Shown piece after piece: positions 1 through 10,000 of a DNA stretch of 64,000 nucleotides. A model generated the notes under the pieces. The model saw only the letters and a program-made list of their open reading frames with translations, was not told the origin of the DNA and ran no database searches. A program made the position numbers and the translations under genes. Position 1 is the stretch's first letter. Each line of letters starts with the position of its first letter. This stretch comes from Escherichia coli (GTDB lineage Bacteria; Pseudomonadota; Gammaproteobacteria; Enterobacterales; Enterobacteriaceae), in NCBI RefSeq assembly GCF_003334385.1, contig NZ_QOWN01000022.1. The stretch is one strand, 5' to 3'.

Positions 1-84
1 TTATCGTGAGAGTAATTCATCGGCACGTTAAATCATATCAGGCGTAATACCACAACCCTTAAGTTAGCGCTTATGGGCGCTTTT

Positions 85-123
85 CCCCTCACCCTAACCC
101 TCTCCCCAGAGGGGCGAGGGGAC
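85..123. repeat. GC-rich imperfect palindromic intergenic repeat (boxC-like)
   Basis: cccctcaccctaaccctctcccc-agag-gggcgaggggac: a C-rich arm followed by a complementary G-rich arm. A related sequence recurs at 275-300 at the ycjD stop. The family name is from memory only. Confidence 0.5.
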
Positions 124-184
124 CGTATTGTGCAAATATTGTTACCCCAGCAACAAACAGGCTCATACAGCCCCTAACCCTTTC

Positions 185-262
185 ATGGCGATGGCTGGGA
201 CGGTTCAGACCTTGCCGAATATTCTCCAGCACCGTCTCCATGTTTTCACCACAACAGCTATT
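185..262 (-). pseudogene. C-terminal relic of a second DUF559 (YcjD-like) gene
   Basis: Minus-strand translation NSCCGENMETVLENIRQGLNRPSHRH aligns with the YcjD C-terminus NEIDCNEETVLENILQELNRRSPSP. A 23-nt exact repeat gaatattctccagcaccgtctcc occurs at 217-239 and 323-345. No start codon or N-terminal part is present. Confidence 0.5.
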
Positions 263-287
263 CGGCTCGGTCTGCCCCCTCGCTCTT

Positions 288-641
288 TCAGGGAGAGGGT
301 GACCGGCGGTTCAGTTCCTGCAGAATATTCTCCAGCACCGTCTCCTCATTACAATCAATCTCGTTATTCCAGAAACGCAGCACGGTCCAGCCCTGCGACT
401 CAAGCCAGCTAGTGCGCCTGGAATCATAGGCAACTGCTAAATCATGCTGCCCACCATCCAGCTCAACGACTACACGCGCCGAGCAGCAAGCAAAATCGAG
501 AATGTAGCTCCCCACTGGATGTTGACGGCGAAATTTGAAATCACTAAAACGTCGGCTGCGAAGATATCGCCAGAGCTTTCGTTCCTGCAAAGTGAGATTG
601 CGTCTTAAATCACGCGCATTTGATTTAATTTTATCTATCAC
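288..641 (-). CDS. ycjD: DUF559 (Vsr-like endonuclease fold) protein YcjD, 117 aa, GTG start
   Basis: Intact 117-aa ORF, MIDKIKSNARDLRRNLTLQERKLW..., recognised as K-12 YcjD. The start codon is RC of cac at 639-641. Confidence 0.9.
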   Translation of the reverse strand: MIDKIKSNARDLRRNLTLQERKLWRYLRSRRFSDFKFRRQHPVGSYILDFACCSARVVVELDGGQHDLAVAYDSRRTSWLESQGWTVLRFWNNEIDCNEETVLENILQELNRRSPSP

Positions 642-681
642 CTCATTCTGACAAGATTTAATCTTTTGTCAGAATGAGGTG
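639..681. other. Perfect 16-bp inverted repeat (stem-loop) between the sapF stop and the ycjD start
   Basis: cacctcattctgacaa (639-654), an 11-nt loop, then ttgtcagaatgaggtg (666-681). The arms are exact reverse complements. The left arm contains the ycjD GTG. Confidence 0.85.
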
Positions 682-708
682 AATAATCTGGAAGGAGGAT
701 TCAGAAAA

Positions 709-1515
709 TTAGCGATCTTTACGCCACGCATCCGCCGTCAATGCCTCGCCAAAATGACCGGCAATCAGCCGTTTGGTGAGTTCATGCAGCGGCGATGCCA
801 GCACATCCGCGGTGCTGCCTCGCTCGACAACCTCGCCCTGATGCATCACCAGCACCTGGTCGCTAATGTGCTTCATCATTCCGATATGCTGGGTAACATA
901 AATATACGAAATGCCCTGTTTTTCCTGTAATTCCAGCATCAGATTAATCAACTGCGAACGCATCGACATATCCAGTGAAGCGAGGGCTTCATCGGCAATA
1001 ATGACTTTTGGGCGCAATATCAGCGCGCGCGCCAGACCCAGACGCTGTTTTTGTCCGGGTGCCAACATATGCGGATAGTAACTGACGTGATCCGGTAGCA
1101 GCCCAACCATACGCATCGTTTCAATAATCTGTTTGCGACGCTGTTCCGGTTCCAGGTCGGTGTTCAGGCGCAGTGGAAAATCCAGAATTTGCGAGATACG
1201 TTGACGGGGATTCAACGAGGTCGAAGGATCCTGAAAAATCATGCGAATACGCTGACTGCGGAAGGAATAATCGCCAAAATGCAGTGGATGATCGTCAATC
1301 AATAACTCGCCGCTGGTAGGCTCTATCATTCCCGCCAGCATTTTTGCCAGCGTGGATTTACCCGAACCATTCTCGCCAATAATCGCCAGTGTCTGGCCTT
1401 CACGTAGCGTAAAGCTCAAGGGTTTTACCGCTTCTACGGTCTGACGACGAAACCAGCCGGTCCGGTAGCGGAACGTTTTACTTAAATTACGCACTTCAAG
1501 CAGCGTTTCGATCAT
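709..1515 (-). CDS. sapF: ABC transporter ATP-binding protein SapF, 268 aa
   Basis: Walker A GENGSGKST, signature-like LAPGQKQRLGLARA, Walker B VIIADEALASLD. There is a 1-nt gap to sapD. Confidence 0.95.
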   Translation of the reverse strand: MIETLLEVRNLSKTFRYRTGWFRRQTVEAVKPLSFTLREGQTLAIIGENGSGKSTLAKMLAGMIEPTSGELLIDDHPLHFGDYSFRSQRIRMIFQDPSTSLNPRQRISQILDFPLRLNTDLEPEQRRKQIIETMRMVGLLPDHVSYYPHMLAPGQKQRLGLARALILRPKVIIADEALASLDMSMRSQLINLMLELQEKQGISYIYVTQHIGMMKHISDQVLVMHQGEVVERGSTADVLASPLHELTKRLIAGHFGEALTADAWRKDR

Positions 1516-1516
1516 C

Positions 1517-2509
1517 TCACTCTTTCTCCATGTTCAGCGGGAAATGACAGGCATAGAGATGATTTTTCGCCCCCGTCAAACGTGGCGTCACAATGCATTC
1601 TCGTTGTGCATACGGGCAACGTGGCCCCAGACGACAACCAATCGGTAACTGTTCCAGCAGTGGGATAGCGCCGGGCAGCGTATTGAGGCGACTTTTATGC
1701 GGCATCGCGCTGCCGAAGTCTGGTATCGCGCGGATCAGCGCCTGGGTATAAGGATGATGTGGCATCGTCACCAACTCCTTACTCGGCGCGGTTTCCACTG
1801 TTTGACCGCAGTAAAGCACGTTAATTTTATCCGCCCATTGGCTAAGCATTTGTAAGTCATGGCTGATAAGCAAAATAGTGGTATTGCTGTTTTGGTTGAG
1901 ACGCGTCAGCAGGCGAAAGATTTGCGCCTGGGTTGTTGGCTCCATTGAGTTGGTCGGTTCGTCAGCAATCAGCAGACGCGGTTGATTCGCCAGTGCAATG
2001 GCTATCATCACTTTCTGACATTCACCTTCGGTCAACTCATAGGGAAAACTGCGCATCGCATCTTTGTGATCTTTAATCCCCACGCGGTGCAGCAGTTCAA
2101 TGGCACGGCGTTTGCGCCAGCCAAAACGCTGCCACCAACGGCCTTTATAGGTCCAGGCTGGGATGTTTTGCATCAACTGGCGGCCCACACGTTCTGAAGG
2201 GTCAAGACACGACTGCGGTTCCTGGAAAATCATCGACACGTTATGGCCAACCAGTTTGCGCCGTTCGCGTGCGGAGAGACGCAGCAAATCGATATCATCA
2301 AAACGCATACGGTCAGCAGTAACACGCCAGTTATCTTTATTCACCCCACAAATCGCTTTCGCAATCAAACTCTTGCCGGAACCGGATTCACCAACAAGAC
2401 CGCGGATTTCACCTTCGGTTAAGGTCATACTTACCCGGTCGACGGCTTTAACCCACTCATCACCGGTTTTAAATTCAATGGTCAGGTTACGAATATCGAG
2501 TAATGGCAT
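1517..2509 (-). CDS. sapD: ABC transporter ATP-binding protein SapD, 330 aa
   Basis: Walker [10 protein letters not shown], Walker [13 protein letters not shown], and an Opp/Dpp-type C-terminal extension. Its first nt is shared with the last nt of sapC. Confidence 0.95.
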
Positions 2510-3399
2510 TATTCCACCCCCGCAATAATCGCACGACGAACGCCATCGCCAAGGAGGTTAACCAACAACACGCTAATCATAATTGCCGCACCTGGCAGCA
2601 TGACAGTCCACGGGGCGACATAAATCAGTTCCAGCGCATCACCGAGCATCGCTCCCCATTCAGGCGAGGGGAGTTGTGCGCCGAGATCGAGAAAGCCCAG
2701 CGCGGCGATATCGAGAATTGCCATCGACAGTGCGCGGGTGATCTCGGTGACCAGCCCGGCGGTGATGTTTGGCATCACAGCAAACCAGAGAATATTCAGC
2801 GTTGATGCGCCATCCAGACGGGCGGCGATAACGTACTCTTTTTCCAGTTCGTCATGCACCATGCTGTAAATCGAACGTACCATACGCGGCAGCAATGCCA
2901 GCCAGACAGCAAACATAGCGTGGGACAAACTCGGTCCGGCAAACGCTACAACGATAATTGCCAACAGCAGCGAAGGGATCGCCAGTAAGGTATCCAGAAT
3001 ATGGTTAAGCACCGCTGAGCGGAGGCCGTGTGTCGCCCCGGCGAAGGTGCCCAGTACCAGGCCACAGATCGTCGCGGCAAGCGTCACCACAAATGCGCCA
3101 CCCACGGTTGGCGCAGCTCCGCTCAGTAAACGGCTTAAAACATCGCGTCCGAGGTCGTCAGTCCCCAGGAAGAAAGAAACTTCGCCATAGCGCGACCATG
3201 ACGGCGGCAATAATTGATAACCGAGAAATTGCTGGTCGATGCCGTAAGGCGCAAACCAGCCGCCAAAAATACACAGTACAGCCAGCCCCGCGCAGCCGTA
3301 CAGGCCGACCATCGCAGAGGCGTCACTATAAAATTTGCGCCAGGCGGTACGCAGCGTGCCCGGCGGGCGCTTTTCGCTGTATACGCTATCGTAAGGCAT
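2509..3399 (-). CDS. sapC: ABC transporter permease SapC, 296 aa
   Basis: Polytopic hydrophobic ORF of the Dpp/Opp permease type. It overlaps sapB by 14 nt. Confidence 0.95.
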
Positions 3400-4351
3400 A
3401 CCATTCCTTATGTTTCAGAGGGTTAGCCATGGCACCCAAAATATCAGAAATCACGTTAACAATAATGACCAGTGAGCCACACACCATCACTCCGGCGGAA
3501 ATGGCTGCGTAATCCTGCTGGCGGATGGCGTTAATTAACCAGCGCCCTAAACCCGGCCAGCTAAAAACCATTTCGGTGATCATCGCCAGCGTCAGCATGG
3601 TGGAAAACTGTAAGCCCAGGCGAGGAATAACCGGCGGTAACGCGTTATGCAGAACGTGGCGACGCAAAATAGTAAAGCGCGACAAACCGCGGGTCGCCGC
3701 CGCTTTTACATAGTTCTGGTCATACACTTCGATAGTGCTGATACGCATCAGGCGGATCACTTCAGTTGTTGGCGCAACCGACAGGGTGATCACGGGCAAT
3801 ATCATATGGCGGATTGCGCTCATGATCATTTCATCCCGCCATGGTGAGTCCGAAAGCCAGGCATCAATCAACGCAAAACCGGTAATCGGTTTCACTTCGT
3901 AGAGCAGATCGAAACGCCCTGAAACGGGCAACCAACCTAGCGTGAGTGAACAAAACAGCGTCAACAGAAGCGCCAGCCAGAACACCGGGATTGAAAAGCC
4001 CAGTAAGGCGATGGCGTTGATCAAGTTATCCTGCCACTTATGGCTCGTAATCCCGGCAATCATCCCCACGGGGATGCCAACAATCAGCGCAAAACCGAAG
4101 GCGAGGATGCACAGTTCCATCGTCGCCGGGAAGACCTCTTTTAACTGTTCGGCAATCGGTTGACCGTTAATGCTGGAAACACCAAAATCCCAGTGGATCA
4201 GGCCGTTAAACCAGAACACCCAGGCATTCCACAGTGACGCGCCTTGTAACGGCGCATGAGGGGTGAAATAGCTCAAGCTGAAGCCAACGAAGGTCAGCAG
4301 GAACAAGGTGACAATCAATAACAAAATGCGGCGTAAGGTGAAGATAATCAT
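3386..4351 (-). CDS. sapB: ABC transporter permease SapB, 321 aa
   Basis: Polytopic hydrophobic ORF. It overlaps the sapA stop by 4 nt. Confidence 0.95.
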
Positions 4352-5991
4352 GGTTTTTTCAGCTCATCCTGTTTCTCGCGATACACCCCAGCAAAGGAGG
4401 CGTTACCAAACGGGCTAAGTACCAGACCTTTGATATCGTACCGATAGGCCTGCAAACGCAATGACGACGCCAGCGGCAAAATGGGCAATTCCTGCGCCAG
4501 AATACTCTGCGCTTCGTCATAGGCTTCAATACGCGCCGCCAGCTGCTGCGAAGAGAGCGCCTTACGCAATACGCTGTCGAATTTCGGATCGCACCAGTGG
4601 GCGAGGTTGGTCTGCGAATGAATTGCCGCGCAGCTCAGTAACGGACGGAAGAAACTGTCCGGGTCGTTACTGTCCGTCGCCCAACCGGATAACGTCAGAT
4701 CATGGCTCATATCCATCAACCGCGCCTCCTGAAAGCGACCTTCTACCGGCACAATCACCACTTTTACGCCAACCTGCGCCATATCCGCCTGAATCAGTTC
4801 GGCAGTTTTCAGTGGACTGGGGTTCCACGCCTGCGAACGTGTGGGCACCCACAGTTTCAGCGTTAAATTTTCCAGCCCCAACGACTTCAACTGTTCGCGC
4901 GATTTCGCCGGATTGTATTCAGTAATTTTAGCCTCGTTGTCATAGGCCCACGAGGCGCGCGGTAAAATAGAGGCCGCCGTTTCAGCCGTACCATAATAGA
5001 TGGATTGCATCAGGCGCTGGTTATTAATCGCCAGTGCCAGCGCATGGCGGACAGCGGGATTATTTAGCGGCGGTTTGGCGGTGTTAAATGCCAGATAGGC
5101 GACGTTCATCCCAGGACGCAGCGTTAAACGCAAGCGCGGGTCGTCACGCAAAATGGATAGCTGGCTGGCAGCAGGCCAGGCCAGAACGTCGCATTCCCCG
5201 GTCAGGAGTTTCGACAGACGTCCGGTGCCGCCGGAGCCTAAATCCACCACTACCTGCGGCATTAACGGTTTACCGCGCCAGAAGTCATCATGACGTTGTA
5301 GGCGAATAAATTGCCCGGCGCGGTATTCCGACAACTGATACGGACCGGTGCCGACCGGTTGACGGTCGAGTTGCTCCTGGCGATCTTCTTTCTCTAACTT
5401 CCGGGCATATTCTGCCGACATGACCGAAGCATAATGGGTTGCGAGGTGCCACAAAAAAGAAGCATCCGGCTGGGCGAGTCGGAACTCAACGGTATGATTA
5501 TCCAGTTTGCGGACGCTTTTCACGTTATCGGCAAATTGCAGGCTGTCGAAGTAGGGGAAGTTGCTGCCGTTGACGTTATGCCACGGGTTGTTGCGGTCAA
5601 AAATTCGCTGGAAGGTAAACACCACATCGTCGGCATTCATTTTACGAGTGGGAGTAAACCAGTCGGTTTTTTGAAACGGAACATCGCGACGCAGGTGGAA
5701 GCGATAGGTCGCGCCGTTGTCGAGTACTTCCCAGCTTTCGGCAAGTTCCGGCATCAGGCGATAGGTATAGGGATCGACATCCAGCAGTCGATCATAAAAC
5801 TGGGCGGCAAGGGTATCGACAATTAACCCACTGCTCGCTTTGGATGGGTTAAAGGTGTTGACTTGCCCGCTGACGCAATAGACAAAACCGCTGTCGCGGA
5901 TATCAGCATGCGGGGGAGATTCAGGCGCGGCGATTGCCTGACCACTCACAAGTCCAGCAATCACCAAAAGAGACGATAATACCTGGCGCAT
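4348..5991 (-). CDS. sapA: Periplasmic family-5 solute-binding protein SapA, 547 aa
   Basis: N-terminal signal peptide [21 protein letters not shown]. It has the length and sequence of an Opp/Dpp-type binding protein and is the first gene of the sapABCDF operon. Confidence 0.95.
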   Translation of the reverse strand: MRQVLSSLLVIAGLVSGQAIAAPESPPHADIRDSGFVYCVSGQVNTFNPSKASSGLIVDTLAAQFYDRLLDVDPYTYRLMPELAESWEVLDNGATYRFHLRRDVPFQKTDWFTPTRKMNADDVVFTFQRIFDRNNPWHNVNGSNFPYFDSLQFADNVKSVRKLDNHTVEFRLAQPDASFLWHLATHYASVMSAEYARKLEKEDRQEQLDRQPVGTGPYQLSEYRAGQFIRLQRHDDFWRGKPLMPQVVVDLGSGGTGRLSKLLTGECDVLAWPAASQLSILRDDPRLRLTLRPGMNVAYLAFNTAKPPLNNPAVRHALALAINNQRLMQSIYYGTAETAASILPRASWAYDNEAKITEYNPAKSREQLKSLGLENLTLKLWVPTRSQAWNPSPLKTAELIQADMAQVGVKVVIVPVEGRFQEARLMDMSHDLTLSGWATDSNDPDSFFRPLLSCAAIHSQTNLAHWCDPKFDSVLRKALSSQQLAARIEAYDEAQSILAQELPILPLASSLRLQAYRYDIKGLVLSPFGNASFAGVYREKQDELKKP

Positions 5992-6239
5992 AATATTAAG
6001 GGATTTTATGTAAAGAGGCTATCTTACTAATATTTAATGACATTTGCCATTACCGTTTGTGTTCAGGGGTCGTAATGAGGGCCGTGTGGTTGGTCGTTGA
6101 ACAGGTGACGTCGCCATCTGTTCAACATTCGTACCCGTGATTTCTCTATAACTATAACTCACAGAACAACTTAGCGAGGAGCAGAGCGGTACGATCGTGA
6201 GAAACCCATTAAAGCACGCTGCAGTGCGTGTCATTGTTA

Positions 6240-6270
6240 GCCAGATGCGGCGTGAACGCTTTATCCGGAC
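6240..6270. repeat. REP (repetitive extragenic palindrome) unit, degenerate
   Basis: gccagatgcggcgtgaacgctttatccggac matches the GCCGGATGCGGCGTGAACGCCTTATCCGGC-type REP consensus with a few mismatches. Confidence 0.65.
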
Positions 6271-6303
6271 AACGATACTGACCGATCGTCTGCAATTAAA
6301 TCA

Positions 6304-6549
6304 TTACTCATTACCCCATTGATTCAAAAACTCTGCGATCTCATCAATGCGTACGGGATTAATCCCCGCTTCAGCAGCCATTTCATGTTGGGCTTCTTCG
6401 CTGATCTCTTCATTGTTCATCAAACGGGTGAGCAGTAACTGGAAGTAGTGGGCCAGCGGTGTGCGTTCAGCCTCTGCGACAGGCTCTGCGCATTCGGTCG
6501 CGTACTCATCGGCAATATCAAAATATTTTAGCGGGATATCGTGGTTCAT
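6304..6549 (-). CDS. ymjA: Small conserved protein YmjA (DUF2543), 81 aa
   Basis: Intact 81-aa acidic [22 protein letters not shown]..., recognised as K-12 YmjA. Confidence 0.85.
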
Positions 6550-6682
6550 TATTTGCCCCTGGGGTTAATGCGCTAAGCATAAGGGCGGATGATAGCACTC
6601 GTGATCCGGGTCATACATCTTTTTATAGTTAATGGCGCGGCGCGTTACCCTCAGGCAGGATAATGCGCCGCGCATCCGACTA

Positions 6683-8068
6683 TTACGTTTCACTCACCGG
6701 CGTTCTGTCACCATCATACAACGGCACTTTGCGATAGCGGCGGATCAGATACCATAAATATGCGCCGCCTAACGAAGCCCATACCAGACCGAGTGTCAGT
6801 GACGTTGACTCGAGGTTAACCCACAGCACACCCACCGTCAGCGCGCCAACCAGCGGCATCAGCAAATAGTGGAAGTGATCCTTCCAGCTTTTATTCATTC
6901 CTTTACGCCGCCAGAAATGATTAAACACCGACAGATTCACGAAGGTAAACGCCACCAGAGCACCGAAGTTAATTAACGCTGTGGCGGTAACTAAATCGAA
7001 GAACAGCGCCGACAACGCGACAATCCCGACCATAATGACGTTGAGTGCCGGAGTCCGCCATTTTGGGTGCACATAGCCAAACACGCGCTCCGGAAACACA
7101 TTGTCACGCCCCATCACATACAGCAGACGCGACACGCTGGCATGTGAAGCCAGGCCAGAGGCTAACGTGTTCACAAACGTGGTGCAGAGGAAAATCGACT
7201 GGAAGAGCTTGCCGCCGACGTACAGCGCAATTTCAGGCAGTGCGGCATCCGGATCTTTAAAGCGGCTGATATCGGGAAAGAACAGCTGCATAAAGAACGA
7301 CGCCGCGATAAAGATAACGCCACCGTAGACCGCCGTCAGGAAGATGGCTTTCGGGATCACGCGTGCGGCGTCCGGCGTCTCTTCCGAAAGCGTGGTCACC
7401 GCATCGAAACCGAGGAAGGAGAAACAGACAATCGTCGCCCCGGTAATAATCGGGATCAGGTGCGCGTTCTCGCTGATAAACGGCTGAAGTGACCAGACGG
7501 TGCCAACGCCTTCTCCTTTATGCAGTCCCTGAACTACCAGGAAGATAAACACCACCATGATGGAGATTTGCACCAGTACAAACAGGGTATTGAAGTTAGC
7601 GACCAGGTTGACGCTCTTCAGATTCGCGGCGGTTAAAATGGCGACGAAGGTTACCACCCACACCCACGGCGGCACTTCCGGGAAGAGGGCGGAGAGATAG
7701 ATTTTCGCCAACAAGACGTTAATCATCGGCAAAAAGAGATAATCCAGCAGCGATGACCAGCCGACCATAAATCCGACGTGCGGGTTAATCGACTTTTGCG
7801 CGTAGGTATAGGCCGAACCGGCCTCCGGAAACTGGCGAACCAGTTTGCCGTAGCTGATAGCGGTAAACAGCACACCCGCCAGCGCCAGCAAATAGGACGC
7901 CGGAACGTGACCGTCGCTAATGCCGGAGACAATACCAAAAGTATCAAATACGGTCATCGGCGTGAGATAGGCCAGACCCATCATCACCACCTGCCACAAT
8001 TTCAGTGATTTTCGCAGACGGGTTTTGCCGGGTTGCGCAGCAATATTCAGTGGTGAATTAATAGCCAT
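6683..8068 (-). CDS. puuP: Putrescine importer PuuP (APC family), 461 aa
   Basis: 12-TM amino acid/polyamine permease ORF. The start was set at the ATG (RC cat 8066-8068) giving [15 protein letters not shown]. The track ORF extends 18 codons further upstream. Confidence 0.93.
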
Positions 8069-8356
8069 AATTGCTGCCTCCCCTGCGTAATAAGGTTTGC
8101 GGTCGTGTCGACCTGAAATCAAACCTGTTTAGCAAGGGAAGCAAAGGGGGCGGAGTCCAGTCAGTAGCAGGAGGGGCGCATACGCAGCCTCCCTCGCCAT
8201 GCGGGGATTTAATCATCGGCATCATCTCATTTCCTCGTCACAGTCTTAATCGTTAACGGAAGCCCGTTGCCGCCCGCGCTCCATAACGCGACATCCGGGA
8301 AATGTCTGGATTACCAGCAAATGTCAGGCCTGGCTCCGCTCAGGCCGATGAAACAA

Positions 8357-8368
8357 CCCCGCAAGGGG
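8357..8368 (-). terminator. Short GC stem-loop just after the puuA stop (possible attenuator between puuA and puuP)
   Basis: ccccgcaagggg (4-bp stem, 4-nt loop) lies 3 nt downstream of the puuA stop. On the minus strand it is followed by ttgttt. It is weak and would have to allow readthrough to puuP. Confidence 0.35.
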
Positions 8369-8370
8369 TA

Positions 8371-9789
8371 TTACGCGTTTTTCAACATCCACTCAATTTC
8401 TGTTTCTGTGATGAGGCGCTCAAACTGCAACAGCTCATCATTTTTACAGGCGTGATAGACATGGCAGAAGCGTTCGCCTAAATAGCGGCGCAGGTGATCA
8501 TTCTCGATAAACTCACCCAGGGCATCGCTCTGGCGAATCGGAAAGGGTAAGCCTTCCTGTTCCAGCCCGTTGCCTTCGACTTCTTCCTGCAACGGCAGCT
8601 CGTTATCAAGGCCATGCAAAATACCGGCAAAAATCGCTGCCATCACCAGATATGGGTTGGCATCGGCACCCGCCACGCGATATTCCACGCGGTGATTATG
8701 ACGGTCGCCGCACGGAATACGCAGGGCGACGGTGCGGTTGTTATGGCCCCACGACGCCTGCGTCGGCACATACATTCCCGGCTGGAAGCGGCGATACGAG
8801 TTCACGTTTGGTGCCAGCAACGCCATCGACGACGGCATCAGGTCAATCATCCCGGCGAGCATCTTTTTCAGCAGCGGCGAATCTTCGCCTTCCGCGTCAG
8901 AAAGCACGTTCTCGCCACGATTATTTTGCATACTGATATGGATATGCATTCCGCTGCCCGCGTGCTCTTCATACGGCTTCGCCATAAAAGTGGCGTGCAT
9001 CTTATGCTTTTCTGCCATCAGACGCACCAGGCGTTTTAGTGCCAGCGCATCATCGCAGGCTTCCAGCACGTTATCAGTATGGTAAAGGTTGATTTCAAAC
9101 TGACCCGGCGAGGCCTCAGCGACCGCGCCATCTGCCGGAATCAGCTGTAACTGCGCCAGTTCATCAATATCATTGAGCACGTCGGCGAAGTGGTTGAGGT
9201 TATCAACGGAGTAAACCTGGCTTTGTGTATTGCGGTCATCGGTGCCAGGCGCGCAGGGCGGTTGCAGATACCCTTCAGCGTCGCGCTGGCGATCCAGTAA
9301 ATAGAACTCCAGCTCTACCGCTACGACCGGGAACAATCCGCGCTGGCGCAGCTGCTGCCACAGGCGGTTAAGAACGTTCCGCGGCTCAACGTCAAAGGGA
9401 GCGCCATCTTCATCGACCATGGTCAGGAGCATCTGACCGATAAACTCTGGATCGGCGGCAGAAGGAGTTAAGGAACCGAGAACAGGAACACAGGTACGAT
9501 CCGGCTCGCCCATTTCCTGACCCAGACCTGCTTCTTCTACTACGTTGCCCAGAATATCCATTGCAAATACCGAGGCCGGGAAATAACACCCTTTCTCGAG
9601 CTTCTTCAGGCTTGAAACAGGAATACGCTTTCCACGGAAGCAACCATTTAAATCGGTAAGTAAAACATCAACATATTGCGTATTCGGGTAGCGCTCCAGG
9701 TAGCGTTTCACTTCCTGCGTAAAGGCGCTACCCCGCCTCTCTTCTGACTGCTGAACAAAGTTCTCTACTTCAACGATATTGGTTTCCAT
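8371..9789 (-). CDS. puuA: Glutamate-putrescine ligase PuuA (glutamine synthetase family), 472 aa
   Basis: GS-family ORF. The start is at the ATG 9787-9789 giving METNIVEVENFVQQSEE. The track ORF has 26 extra upstream codons. Confidence 0.95.
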   Translation of the reverse strand: METNIVEVENFVQQSEERRGSAFTQEVKRYLERYPNTQYVDVLLTDLNGCFRGKRIPVSSLKKLEKGCYFPASVFAMDILGNVVEEAGLGQEMGEPDRTCVPVLGSLTPSAADPEFIGQMLLTMVDEDGAPFDVEPRNVLNRLWQQLRQRGLFPVVAVELEFYLLDRQRDAEGYLQPPCAPGTDDRNTQSQVYSVDNLNHFADVLNDIDELAQLQLIPADGAVAEASPGQFEINLYHTDNVLEACDDALALKRLVRLMAEKHKMHATFMAKPYEEHAGSGMHIHISMQNNRGENVLSDAEGEDSPLLKKMLAGMIDLMPSSMALLAPNVNSYRRFQPGMYVPTQASWGHNNRTVALRIPCGDRHNHRVEYRVAGADANPYLVMAAIFAGILHGLDNELPLQEEVEGNGLEQEGLPFPIRQSDALGEFIENDHLRRYLGERFCHVYHACKNDELLQFERLITETEIEWMLKNA

Positions 9790-9832
9790 GATTCTTCGCC
9801 TTTGGTTTGTTTTCCGCTCGTTATCAAAGCGT

Positions 9833-9847
9833 AAAATATAATGACCA
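9833..9847 (+). promoter_or_regulatory. Candidate PuuR operator copy 1 (aaaatataatgacca)
   Basis: A 13-nt core aaaatataatgaC/A is repeated at 10005-10019. It lies in the puuA-puuD divergent control region. From memory, the published PuuR consensus is AAAATATAATGAACA. Confidence 0.55.
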
Positions 9848-9929
9848 CCATTCGAATCTGTATGCAAACTAAATGTTTGTCAAATGTTAAATTGAGTTTG
9901 CAAAAATGAAAACCCACTGCTAGATTGAA

Positions 9930-9942
9930 AAAATATTGAACA
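9930..9942 (+). promoter_or_regulatory. Candidate PuuR operator-like variant (aaaatattgaaca)
   Basis: Same motif lacking 2 nt, in the same intergenic region. Confidence 0.3.
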
Positions 9943-10000
9943 TAAAGGTCATTTAAAGCGCAGTAATGGCGATAATTTAGTCCACTTTGTGAGATTGAGC

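Noticed and set aside
128-412. 94-aa plus-strand ORF at the left end
   Set aside because: It runs through the GC-rich repeats and antisense to ycjD and its duplicated 3' end. It has a low-complexity Pro/Ser/Ala/Arg composition and no RBS, so it is a by-product of the repeat structure.
6096-6126. 9-bp inverted repeat gttgaacag-N13-ctgttcaac upstream of sapA
   Set aside because: The structure is real, but it has no T tract on either strand and no motif I can tie to a regulator. The basis is too weak to call it a terminator or operator.
6034-6234. 66-aa minus-strand ORF in the sapA-ymjA intergenic region
   Set aside because: It lies in the sapA promoter/leader region next to a REP unit. It has no RBS, an odd Cys/Thr-rich composition and no family resemblance.
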